NCBI GenBank assembly: GCA_038087875.1
Contig: CM075994.1
Span: 3,908,001 to 3,972,000, forward strand
DNA from: Malacoraja senta
Taxonomy: Eukaryota
Length of the DNA: 64,000 bases
Reading direction: 5' to 3'
Under the pieces are notes generated by a model, which was not told where the DNA came from, ran no database searches, and saw nothing but the letters and a program-made list of their open reading frames with translations. A program made the translations under genes and the position numbers. Shown here in pieces: positions 51,900-63,763 of the stretch (position 1 is its first letter; the number at the start of each line of letters is the position of its first letter).

Positions 51900-52740
51900 C
51901 GAAACGTACTCCACTGGGCTCAACAAACTTTGAAATAATGTCTACCTTCATGTGCAGGTGAAAAATAATCTCTATCCAGGCTTTGGTGAATTTCCGCCTA
52001 CTTTTTATTTCAAAGTTCTTTCCCTTGTCTTTGTTTATGCAGAGGACCAGTTGAAAGAAAAATCGAACGGTAGGCGCGGCGACAGCTACATGCAGTTTTG
52101 TTTTATACACTACTACATTTATGTGTTGAGATTAGTGTGTAGTATACAGTCAAATGCCATGGGACGTGTGTAGGAAAAAGTTTGAAATCTACAAACTTGA
52201 AGGTCAGTACGTTCGGAAGTCGTCTATAAATGTAAAATGTCGTTTCCTCTTACCTAAGCAGTTATCCACAGACCAAAACATACTTGATTTTATTTTTGCT
52301 TGCAGTACAAAATAAGTTACATCACAGCATGCACCGTTATGTCTGCCCCGATATTTAGTTGGCTTTGGAGCACTGAATATGAAACTGGGTAACTAAATAT
52401 GCGAGTGTTACGATGGGACATTTTGCTGCCAATCCCAGTTTTGTGGTCCTTGTTGGAAAATTGCATTATGACCAACATTTATATTTATCTTGATTTTGCT
52501 TAATAATTTAGTCATTTTCGAGTAAATCTTTCTCTATTTTAAAGTAGTGTTATGGAACAGATCAATTTTAGAAATATATCTGATCATTACAATATGCAAA
52601 AATTCAAACGTGACATATTCAACCTTATTTGCCTGACATGTGAACCCGACCGTGACAACGGGACCTTTAAAGGTCTCAAAACAAGGACTGGAATCTTGTC
52701 AGCAACTGTGATGGGTTGATCCTATTGAATATGTCCATTG
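51900..52740 (+). pseudogene. GXYLT1: Decayed GXYLT1-like pseudogene, copy A (middle exons)
   Basis: 52030-52074 FVYAEDQLKEKSNGR ~ HIFAEDQLHHSFKGR; PI..E..LLP; FRNISD..QKF ~ LRPVDD..KKF; RTGI ~ KTGV and GLILLNMS ~ GVMLMNMT. Confidence 0.78.
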
Positions 52741-52789
52741 CAAGTTTCAGATTGCCCATCCACTTTTTTCCAAACATCATTTAACTTTC

Positions 52790-54502
52790 ATCTTCAAATT
52801 TGGTGAAATTTAATTCGGATTGAATGCAATACAACATTTAATAACTCAATTTACCTTTCCAGAACTGACCAAGTTTCAAGAAAGAGGTAAATAAATCAGG
52901 CCTCTCTAGTATTCGCAGTGCAAATGTAGTGTCCGCATCTGAAAAAATGTAGTTCAAATTCTGTTTTCAGCATCTGCCTAGCACTTACCAAATGGTTATG
53001 AGCAACCTTGCATTAATACAGTCGTTTTGGTGAATCTACTATCACATTGCTGTTCAGTACGGCACACCAATGTTTACACAGTGCCAATGAAGGTCAGGCA
53101 ACTTTATTTCAAGTCCAGATAAAATTATACGAAGCAAAAAATGCACCCGATGGCCTTCGCATCCATCGGCAGTGCTAGCCATTCCTGATGGTCTAGTTCA
53201 AGTGTTTGAAAGGTGCGAACAGAATACGTTGCATGAGGATTTGTATATTCTTTAGTCGATGTCACTCACCAGACGCATTATTTATTGGGACTGACCGACT
53301 AAATTATTAGGCTGAATTTAGCAAAACTCTTTGGCTGATCTGCTGCCTGGTTTGTTAGGAATCGTTGCAGGTGAACGTATTTCGTTACTCTCCTGATATG
53401 TGAATTGTTTGCCCATAGAAGTAAATCGGAATATCAGGAGAGGAGCCGATTGCAACAAGATATCCAACATCTGAGATTCGCTCGTAGCGACATTGTTTTT
53501 GCGGAAGGTGTTGTTATAATCTTGGTCAACATTGGTCCCCTGCCTATTAATTGTGGTGGATTCGCCATGGAAATTATATTCAATATGGACGTTACATTAC
53601 AAGACAGATGGGGACGGTTATTGCCAGACATTTGTGAAGCGCACTTGCAACAGGTCTGCATATCTCAGACTTTCATGCGGCCTTCCTCCGTTTCATCATT
53701 GGTTAAGACTTTGACTGGGAAGGGCGAATGGAATTGAACATTTAACAACATCAACGGATATATCCATTTTCGAATCGGAGGTAGGAAGGTGATTATCGAA
53801 GCAGTTAAAGATGGATGAGCTGAAAAACAATGGCCTAGATTAAGGTTTGGATTTTCATTTAGGTTTACTGCTATCACGTGCAGCGAGGTACAGTGAAAAG
53901 CTTTGCTTTGCATGTTATCAAAATGAAATCAGGTTAAGCGACATATAAACACAATCGTCCAAATCAAGTACAATACATTGAGCAAAAGGGAAGATTGGGG
54001 GGAGCAGAATATACTTCTCAACATTATCGCGCACTAGCTGCCCAGACAACATCCAATGTAGGTAGATGTGAATCGGACTTACTTACAACGTCTTTTTACT
54101 TATTTTGATTACAGAGAATCAAATGTTTGAAAAACAGAGAGGTAATACAAGCCAATGTTATCAATTGGGTAAACACTTGGAATCCCGTCGAATCGTGAAC
54201 GTGATAAAAGGCATGGCTCATTGTGAGTACATATTTGAGTACAAACAGGTGAAATACGAGCAGGAATCCCAAACAGCCAGTCAATACTACTAAGATTTAA
54301 GAAGCCGTTCTTGATGTGAGTACAACAGGAAAACTGTACAACCACTGACCGTGCTTACTTTTCATGCAAATTGTTCATCAAGAATTCATCGACGTGCACC
54401 GTCACAGTGCATGTGCCATTGCTTTTTGGGGATGATTATTTCAGAGATTTGCATGCACAGAAACTGAAAAAATAAATTCGCTTCACTGTTGACTTTACTT
54501 AG
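52790..54502 (+). pseudogene. PDZRN4: Decayed PDZRN4/PDZRN3-like 3' exons, copy 1
   Basis: YHIAVQY ~ HHQAMQF; ERCEQ ~ ESSEQ; LGI; LQQDIQHLRFARSDIVFA ~ LNEELRSIELECLSIVRA; GGF..MDV..LPDICE ~ (S/G)GF..IDV..LSDITE; EW..NGYI..R ~ EW..DGTRYI..R; VLDVS..QEFI ~ ILELS..QELL; ends NS../TV..* near 54502. Confidence 0.8.
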
Positions 54503-54619
54503 CACAATTTTGTTTTAATGAAGTCAGGGGAATGTAATTTCTCAAATACGGAATTCGGATTGAAGTAAACAGGATAATAAATCGTTTGATCCAAATAATC
54601 TCTGCTAAAAAGAGCATCC

Positions 54620-56230
54620 GACATCTCTGTTTCGCATGGATGAGCATCGCTGTGGGAATTGGCCCTGCGTTCATCAGTGGATGCTGTTGCTCGCTGCACG
54701 GGGACGTGAACTCCTGCTAACTTTTCACATTGACATTTAAAGGAGTAGAAGTAGAAATTAGGAATAAGAAGACTGTGCAGTTAAGCAACCTAACGATATC
54801 TACGAAACTGCAATTATTTTCAACCTTTTTATAATAACATAAACACTATGAGTTAGCTGGGAACGCTTGAGTGAAATTTATCTCTGCTAACTGATTTGAA
54901 ACTCGCAATACTTCAACTGGTGTACTGGGTGTCATATCATTTATTATGTAATAAAAACATCATACATATTTCAGGTAGTGAAGTCAGCAGAGGGTCGAAT
55001 AGCATATTATTATTATTATTATTATTATTAATGGTAATATAAGTATCGGTAGTTGTGGTAGCAGTAATAATTGCAATAGTAGTAGTAGTATCGTTGTTGC
55101 TGTTGTTAATATTATTATACTTATTATTTTACTTGACAGAGATGGAAAGTCTTATTAAAATATCAGGTTCGTATTACCTAAGATCTGCTGTAATCCTATT
55201 TTTTTGCTGAAACGAGAATGAAAGATAATATGATATAAATAATTAATGACATAACTTGCTTCATATAAAATCATCAGAATAACATTGTATGGATTAAAAT
55301 AACATAATCCAAATTTAGCCAACATTCTGTAACCATTCATTCAAACAGCTGCTAGCTCAACAGATCAGTTTCTTAACTTTCTATCCCAGATGTAGGAAAT
55401 TACTAGACAATATTAAGATTCCAACTTCATCATGGCGCTCTAATTTTGTATTTGAATACGACAGGACGTTTCAAGCGTGCCGTTATCAGTTTTATTATTT
55501 TCGTGTCTGTGGTGACACAACAGTGTTGTGCTTTTCCTGCTAAAATATCTGAGCATCTCATATCTCTCTTTAGGGTAAATACCGGGCAGGTTTTTAACTT
55601 TACTTAGGCGAAGCGCAGGATGAGTCGAAATCTAAATATAAATAGTTTTGCTGTTTGGACCCTTGATGAGAGGAAATATATTCAACCCAAGATGAATGAA
55701 TATTTGCAAATCTGCGCAGTGGAGGGATGCCAAGGCTCCTTGAGTGCATGCAAATCTGCAGTGCATACATTACTGGATGTTGGAGACCAGGATGGTAGAG
55801 ACTGTGGTAAATTAGGAACTGTTGTTGAGGCTCAAGTTGACCATGGTATTGATTGGGCCAAGAGAGGGTCCGGTTCTCTCTTGCTGCCGTTCTTTTATTC
55901 TTGAACTTGAAGCCTCCTATGTTTCCATCAGCCAAATTTATTCATTCATCAACTACAAACGTAATACCCACTTGAATTTAGCAGGGAACAGAGAATACGA
56001 TAATTGGCTGATCTTGTTTAAGATTGTTGAAAGTTAAGAATTAAATTAGGTCGGACAATTTCATCAACATAAGTTTAATCATACGTAAAGTTACGGTCTC
56101 CTGTAATCCTGTAATTGCGACCTTATCGAAGACACAGAAGCATCAACGTCATGTTAAGATTACTATAATTTCGTCTAAACTTCATATTATTGCAATCAGT
56201 TCCAGACCACGAGGAATTTCGATGGAAATA
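54620..56230 (+). pseudogene. GXYLT1: Decayed GXYLT1-like pseudogene, copy B (to C-terminus)
   Basis: TLY..N.A..F..AS..FL; ILYLNTTGRFKRAV ~ LLYVDTDILFLRPV; VNTG..NFT ~ VNSG..NMT; QWRD...P ~ QWGD...P; GDQD exact; DHGID ~ DHCIY; LAGNREY ~ LHGNRGVY; LL*S..TSC..FV* ~ LLKP..TYC..FIK. Confidence 0.85.
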
Positions 56231-56654
56231 ATTCACAAGCGAAGATGTCGAACAAATTATTAGTATCAGATTTGTTTTTACATGAAGAGGATTATTCTCT
56301 TCTTTATTACCGATTTGTCCGTGTAAGGTGTATTACCTTTGAAAAATATTTTTTCCTTCCTTTTTTCAGAAAAGGAGAATGAATTAAAGGAAAGAGGTAG
56401 TGTTCTTTGGATAAACTGCTTTCATGTGTCTTCGTTGCAAATGGTTCTATGCAATGGTAAATGATCCATCATCGACTGATTTGCTCTTTCCCACCAACAA
56501 CACGTTCACCTTAAGTACGAAAACGATTACCTTTAGTTTTCATTTCTTTGCAACGCATTTTATTAGGTTTTGTACAGAATGAACCATAAACGTTTGTTAT
56601 TATCGCCCGTTGTTTTGGCAAAAACTGTCAAAATTGCGTGTAAAATTAATACAT

Positions 56655-58110
56655 AACCAGTTCACGAAGATTTTTAACATCTCCCTGTCCCAATCTATCA
56701 TGCGACCCTGCTGAAAGTCAGCCACTTTCATTCATATTCCTAAAAAGCCGGTCCCTGAGGATTTGAATGACTATAGACCGATTGCACTTACACCAGTGAT
56801 TATGAAGTGCAACGAGAAGCAAGTCCTGCATCACATCAGAACCAGCCTACCTCCCTCCTTCGACCCACATCAGTTTGCCTACAGAGATAACAGATCCACT
56901 GAGGACGCCATCGCCATAACAACTCACACAGCACTGCCCTACTTGGAACACCGGGAAAGCTACGTGAGGATGCTATTCATTGATTATCGCTCAGCATTCA
57001 ATATTATCATTCCGGACATTTTAATCAGCAAACAGCCTCTCCTCCTCCATCTGCACATGGATCAAAAACGTTCTCACAAACCGCCCACAGAGAGTTAAAA
57101 CCGGTCCCCACATCTCCTCCTCCATCACATAAGCACTGGCGCACCTCAAGGCTGTGAGCTGAGTCCACTCCTTTACTCCTTATACACCTATATACACCTT
57201 ATACACGATTTTTACATTTGGTGACGACACAACTGTCATCGGGCTCATCTCAGGGGGGGGGGACGAGTCAGCATACAGGGTCGAGATACAACGACTGTCA
57301 GAGTGGTGTTCAGTAAATAACCTGACCCTGACACCACAAAGACAAAGGAGCTAATACTTGACTTCAGGAGGAAACGGAACGCAGACCCGGCCCCGCTCTG
57401 CATAAATGGGGCATGTGTGGAAAGGGTGCAGACTTTCAAATTCCTAGGTAGACAAAATTGCTGGAGAACTCAGCGGGTGCGGCAGCATCTATGGAGCGAA
57501 GGAAATAGGCAACGTTTCGGGCCCAAACCCTTCTTCAGACTGATCAAATTCCTAGGAGCCCTCATATCCGAGGACCTCCCCTGGTCGGCCAACAGAACTG
57601 CAACCGTCAAGAGAGCACAACAGAGACTCCACTTCCTGAGAGTGCTCAGGAGGCACAACGCCAAGAAGAAGCTGCTGGTGGCCTTCTACCGGGCGACAAT
57701 TGAGTCTACTGACATATTGCATGTCAGTGTGGTAAGCAGGCTACTCTGCTCCAGATAAGAAAGCAGAGAGAATCACCGGCTGCCCACTGCCCTCTCTGGT
57801 GGATATTGCCACCTCACGCTACCTCAGCAGAGCCACTAAAATCATCAAAGACTCCACACCGCGGTCACCACATTTTTCAACTCTTGCCCTCTGGCAGGCG
57901 TTACAGGTCAGCCAAAAAACGCACCACCAGACTCAGAGACAGTTTCTGCCGCAAAGCAATCTTCACTCAATCTGAAAAATTTGAGTATTATACACGCTGC
58001 TCTCTTCCATGCTGCTACCCACCTTGCATTTTACTATCACCATGTGCAATACTGATTTTGACACCTAGTGTTTAACATTGTTTTTAAATTGTGTCCTTTG
58101 TTTTTATGTT
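56655..58110 (+). mobile_element. Degraded Rex1/Babar RT and 3' end
   Basis: NDYRPIALT, QFAYRDNRSTEDAI, MLFIDY.SAFN, LLPSGRRYRS; carries a 95-bp insert at 57449-57543 with TSD tcaaattcctagg. Confidence 0.9.
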
Positions 58111-58278
58111 TGTATATGTATGAAGAATGCTTGAATTAAATATACATAAATAATTGCATCTTATTTGTTAACGTGCATTGGAGTTGTCGGGGTATCTAAT
58201 GCGATTGTATTGCCAATTGAACAACCTCCCCTCATAGTAAAAGGCATTCAGATATTAGTTTTTTAAGAAGGAACTGCA

Positions 58279-60401
58279 AACCATTGCTATTTTCCCTTAT
58301 GATAGAACCGCTGACTGAAAGGATTAGTAATCATCCGAATATTCACGGATATAATACCAAGGACTCAAAGAATAAAATTTTATTATATGCTGACGATATT
58401 CTTTTATATATTACTAATACACAAACGAGTATTCCCACCTTATTAACACTAATTGAGGAATTTGGTTCTTTTTCAGGATATAGAATAAATTGGACTAAAA
58501 GCGAAATCATGTCTTTAAAACCACAGGATGCGAGACACTTATTAAAATTCCCTTTCAAAATTGCAACAGAAAAATTCAAGTATTTAGGTATTCAAATTAC
58601 GAGAAGACACAAGTCATTATTTAGCGCCAATTTTATGCCACTATTAAATAAATTGAATGTTATGATTACATTTTGGAAAACGCTCCCACTCTCATTGATA
58701 GGTAGAATTAACGCTATAAAAATGACTTTCTTACCACAATTAATATATTTGTTTCAAGCGATCCCAATATATATTCCGAAATATTTTTTCAAAAAACTAG
58801 ATTCCAATATCACTAATTTTATATGGGATTATAGACCACACAGAATTCAACGAAAGCATTTGTGTAAACCTAAAGAAGCTGGGGGTTTATCATTACCTAA
58901 CTTTACGTATTACTACTGGGCAGTGCATATTAAGAACATAATGTACTGGTTATGATAGTTCAACTCACCAGTCGGAGTTGAAAAAGAGGAGTGTTTCCGT
59001 ACGATATAGGAACGATCTTTTTCTCACCAATAAAATTGAATAGTATAATATATAAGAAGAACCCAATTATTCACAATACAATAAGAATTTGGAAACAAAT
59101 AAAATTATCCTTGAAATTAAATAATCTATCAGTATTAACCCCAATTCTGAATAATCCTGTATTCAAACCATCTTTTATCGATAAAACATATAAACAATGG
59201 GATATATTGGGGATTAGGAAAGTAGGAGATATGTATGAACTGGGCAAATTGTTATCATTTCAACAATTAAAATTAAAATTTAAACTGAATGATAATCAAT
59301 ATTTTAAATATATACAGATATGTGACTTGAAGAAATATATATATAGATTTCAAACTATATTTTAGACCCTTTAGAAGAAGCAATGAATATTAAGGCTGAT
59401 TCACAAAAATTGATATCATATTTTTATAATAGTATATTAAATAGAGAATTACCCTCAACAGAGGCACTAAGAGAAGATTGGGAACATGAACTACTGATAA
59501 AGATCCCGAAAGATAGATGGGAAAAGTATCTGATGAATACACATAATTGTTCCATTAATGCAAGACATAATTTAATTCAATTTAAATTATTACATAGACT
59601 ATATTATTGAAAAACGAGGTTGAATAAATTTTACGCAAATGTCTCTCCCAGATGCGATCAATGTTTCTTTCAAAATGCCAATATAACACATTCATTTGTA
59701 GGATGTACAAAGTTGAATACATTTTGGAGCGATATATTTGATATATTTACAAAGCTCTTCAAGTCAAGAATAGAACCTAATATGGAATGGATTATATTTG
59801 GAATAATATTAGAAGATATCAATTTAAACAAAGACCAAAAAGTATTCTTTAATTATGGGTTAATAATTGGAAAGAAATTGATACTTAAATTTTGGAAAAA
59901 TACAGCTATACCAACTATTAAAATGTGGATTAGGAATATGACGGACATAGCACACCTTGAAGAAATGAGACTCCGCCTAATTGATAAATATGACCAATTC
60001 TTAAGGAGTTGGTCCCCTTACATCGACTTTTTGGAATCATGTGATGCAGCAGTACCGTAAAGATTACTGATTTCAGGTCAGGTCGTGGATACATTTACAT
60101 CTCCAAACAAAGATTTGAAAATTTCTTTTTAAGGGTCTTTTTCTACTATCTCTACTTTCTATTTTTTCTTTTCTTATATACATACTTCACGTTTTTCTAT
60201 TTTCTACTATTTATTTTTCCTCTTTCTTTTCTCTATTTTTTTTTTTTTTTTTTTTTTTACCTCCTTTTCAAAAACATAAAACTAGAGGTTGTACATAGAA
60301 TGCATTACGTTATGACATAGTTGACACCTAAAATTAGGTGCCACTGCATTGTTTTGTATTGTATTAACTTCTAATAAAATAAACAAAACAAAAACAAAAA
60401 A
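58279..60401 (+). mobile_element. 5'-truncated L1/Tx1 LINE
   Basis: LYADDILL, SGYRINWTKS, KYLGI, GGLSLPNF, zinc knuckle; AATAAA plus A-rich tail; TSD aagaaggaactgca at 58265-58278 and 60402-60415; same family as 3269-5028. Confidence 0.94.
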
Positions 60402-60419
60402 AAGAAGGAACTGCAGATG

Positions 60420-60533
60420 CACAGAGGGGGGCAGTTGGAGAGGAGGTTGTGAAACTGTCACAGAGGGGGGCAGTTGGAGAGGAGGTTGTGAAACTGTCAC
60501 AGAGGGAGGCAGTTGGAGAGGTGGTTGTGAAAC
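60420..60533. repeat. 39-bp minisatellite, about 3 copies
   Basis: Unit cacagaggggggcagttggagaggaggttgtgaaactgt repeated. Confidence 0.9.
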
Positions 60534-60646
60534 GGATTGAGATATTCGGTTGCGTGGTGAGCTGCCATCTATTTCCGCTTCACATTGAGCCAGCTGGGAG
60601 CACGGCGCTTTGCATTCATCGATTATCGCATACCATTCCTATTCAA

Positions 60647-60738
<92 letters not shown>
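60647..60738. repeat. (AAT)n microsatellite
   Basis: Read directly. Confidence 0.98.
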
Positions 60739-60741
<3 letters not shown>

Positions 60742-61304
60742 GTTGTGACCTGTATATGGAATTTTGCGCTTATGGTGGCGTGAATGAGTGATGGAATCCA
60801 TCAGAAATGAGCTAATTAGTGTTCGCTGCCAATGTTCTATGGAAAGTCACGGCATAATTGTATCAACCAGCAGGAGAAACTTAAAATGTAATTAATTATT
60901 CTGTGAGGAAGGGTAAAATAATGAAAAAAACTGATATTTTTTATATGGCTGATTGTTGCTGTCTTAACATTGTTTTAGAAACTACTCTTAAGAACACAGT
61001 ATCATTAAACACGCCAATAACGACGTAATGCTTCTATATTTTCCAGCACTCTCTCTGTTCCCTTCCAGTCCGCAATACTTTCCATCTGCACATCTTACAT
61101 AGCAATTAGCACAAACATGTACTTGCCTGTTAGGTGATTATTTTATCCTTCAGCTGGTATTAGGAAATAGTGAGCATATTGATCGAAATAATAATGTTTT
61201 ATCATACAGCGGTGATCTGAGATCGCCTGCACATTGCCGCAGCAATATGCATTAACGGAACATATTCATATGATGGAACATATTCATATAACGGAACATA
61301 TTCA

Positions 61305-61610
61305 TATGTCACAGATGGATAGGGTAGTGAAGAAGACTCGTGTTATGACTGCCTTCATAGGCAAAGGCATTGATTTTCAATGTTGCTCCGTCTTGTTGCA
61401 CATGCACACAATATTGGTTAGACTGTACGGTTTGGTGTATCGTTGTGGTCTGGTTTATCGTTCTGTGCAGAAGGGATTCGCAAGGATGTTGCCTCAAACT
61501 GAAGGCTGTGAATATGGGGAGAGATTGGATGGTCTTCATTTATTCACATTGTATGCTAGGAGTTTCAGGGGTGAAATTATAGATGTTTGTAGAGTTATGA
61601 CTGGCATCAG
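61305..61610 (+). mobile_element. Very old CR1 RT C-terminal fragment
   Basis: QMDRVVKK..AFIGKGI..LVR..VQKGFARMLP..YGERL..L.LFTL. Confidence 0.75.
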
Positions 61611-63763
61611 TCGGCATCTTTTTGGTTGCACCACTTCAGAGCTATTCTGAATCTAGGAGAAAATTAAGAGACAGCTCTCAGTGTGAAATATTCTGTCTGT
61701 GTCGATCTTATTGCGTGTTGCCTGGACGTGAAAAGTCTACGCGTTGAAGATCTTACGGAATTTTGCACGTTAACATCCAGCACTCGGACCACGCTGGACT
61801 AAAACCTCTGTAATTCATTTTTAAAAGTTGTTAACGAATTTTGTTTTTCAGAAAAAGATCAATTAAATCAATTGCTGGATAAGGCCGGTTCGTTAAATTT
61901 AATTTTCAGATAGCCAGCCATCTTTACGCTTTGCTGCATTGATTTCAAGTATTTATCGAGTTGATGAAGTACAACGTCAATTCTGAAATACCGTCGTATA
62001 GAATTACTTTATCCATTCAACGTTATCATGGCAAATGACTCCCTTCCGCACAAAAGAGAATGTAGGTGGTTGAATTCTGAGCAAATTGCAACATGCTGGA
62101 TGAATTCAGGGAATTATGTTGCGCCTGTTTGGGGGAATGGACAGTTAACGCTTCGGTCGGGACCCCTCTGAGTCTCAAGAAACTCTCTCACCAATATCTG
62201 GGATACTTTTATGATTTTCTTACCCCAAAATCACTGCTCTTGGTTTGACCCGACCCGAAATGTCGCTTGTCTATGTCCTGCAGCGATGCTGCCTGTGCCA
62301 CAGGGTTACCCGAGCATTTTGTGTTCTCCGTTCATTGCAATTCGTCTAGTATCAGTTTTTGCTGTCAACCGTTTGGCGTCATGTTTTTTTGCTAGACGTT
62401 CATGCGCCATTTACCCTTGTAACTTATTTTATTCTTTCCTTTATCTTAACAGAGCAAAAAATCGCCTTTCTAGAAGCAGGTAAACATTGTCAACGATTAA
62501 ATATAACGATTTGATTTCGTTTCTACAATCAGATTACCATGCATTCAATAAATTCAAAGAAAGGTGTGTTTAGCATTTTGGTGATGGTGGTAACATTTGT
62601 TATACATGATAGTGCTCAGCTTCGTTGCTGTTATTTTACGTTTCTTGCAGCCCAAGACAATAATATGGACACCGGTGAGTCATATAAAGAATAATAGTGG
62701 GTGAACTGGAAATGAAATGATGCAGGCACTTGTAATTTCAGCTAAAATTACAAAATCTGGGAAGCACTCAACAAGTCAAACCACGTTGTGGAAATGGAAA
62801 CAGTTTGAGGTCGAAGACCCTTCGTCAGAAGTTGGAACGAGCGAGAAAACAAGATAGTTTGGGTTGTTAAGATCTGGGAGGAGTGCTTAGGATAAATGAA
62901 ATATCTCCGATTAAGTGAAGCTCATGAATGATAGCAAAGTTTCTGCAACCGGTTGCTTACTATATAAGAGGGAGGAGGAAAGAAAAATATATTCAAAAGA
63001 GCAGCTGAAAAAAAATGCTTCAACTGCCTATCGGCCTTTGCGATAATAAATAAAGCTTTGCATTTATCCTTGCAGTTGTTGGGTGTTGCCGGGGTCTGTA
63101 AAATGCTACTACTTCACTGCGCCAGAGACCCGGGATCGATCTTTACATTGGCTGCTGTATCTATGCGGAGATTGTGCGTTTTCTTTGCTTGCAATAGGTT
63201 TCTTGTCTCCGCCTATGTTATCCGCATGTAGCACAGAGTTAGAAGCACTTAATAAAGGGCTCATATAACCTAGCTTTCTCGTCAGGTAGGAGGAGACAGT
63301 GTAATTCAATGTTATTCGCTTATAGGTTCGTACATTTCTGGTAAAATAATATTGGATATGCCACTGTAAGCTCGTAATTTCTAATGCGATTGCATTTTAA
63401 GAGAGTGCTATATTTTGCAGATGATCGATTAGATGCAATCAGGGCAGGTAAATTAGTTCGTTAATTTGGATTGCTAATATGAAACTGCTATTGACATTTC
63501 AAATTTTCTACGGTATTTTGTATTTAAATTTCGTGAGGTAAATAATAATAATTATTTTCTCGTCAGAACTGCAAGCTCTCCGCGAATCTACAAGTGCGTA
63601 TTCAACTCTAATTCCTTAGTATTAGAAAAAATAATAAAATCTTTCAAGATTTCGTTATGACCAGCATACTCTATGTTAAGCCATTGCGCCTTTCGCATGC
63701 AGGTACTGTTGCCAATAAAATATATAATGACCACGTAGAGAAACGTGTATATCCCATAATAAT

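Larger units (their letters stand above)
56380..61900 (-). pseudogene. PDZRN4: Decayed PDZRN4-like pseudogene, copy 2 (PDZ exons), convergent with GXYLT copy B, split by Rex1 and L1
   Basis: ~61050 VLE..VIG ~ VLE..IIG; ~60980 VSKTM ~ VSKIL; ~60550 TQPNIS ~ TQTDIT; ~58240-58143 FYYE..EV..DAIIYV ~ FEYEEV..DTGIYV; 56630-56460 NGR, VQN....VA, VLLVGKSKSVDDG ~ DGR, VQNREEAVA, VLLVARPEIQLDEG. Confidence 0.72.

Noticed and set aside
52620..52720. CEPDR..GILSA / GTFKG as an ADAMTS exon
   Set aside because: Embedded in a longer collinear GXYLT alignment.
55620..55904. ORF resembling an ADAMTS disintegrin-like motif (DGRDCG) or a cadherin tail
   Set aside because: Better explained as GXYLT (QW.D, GDQD, DH.I) with collinear flanking exons.
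60420..60533. CRISPR-like direct repeats
   Set aside because: Head-to-tail units with no spacers, in eukaryotic DNA; a minisatellite.
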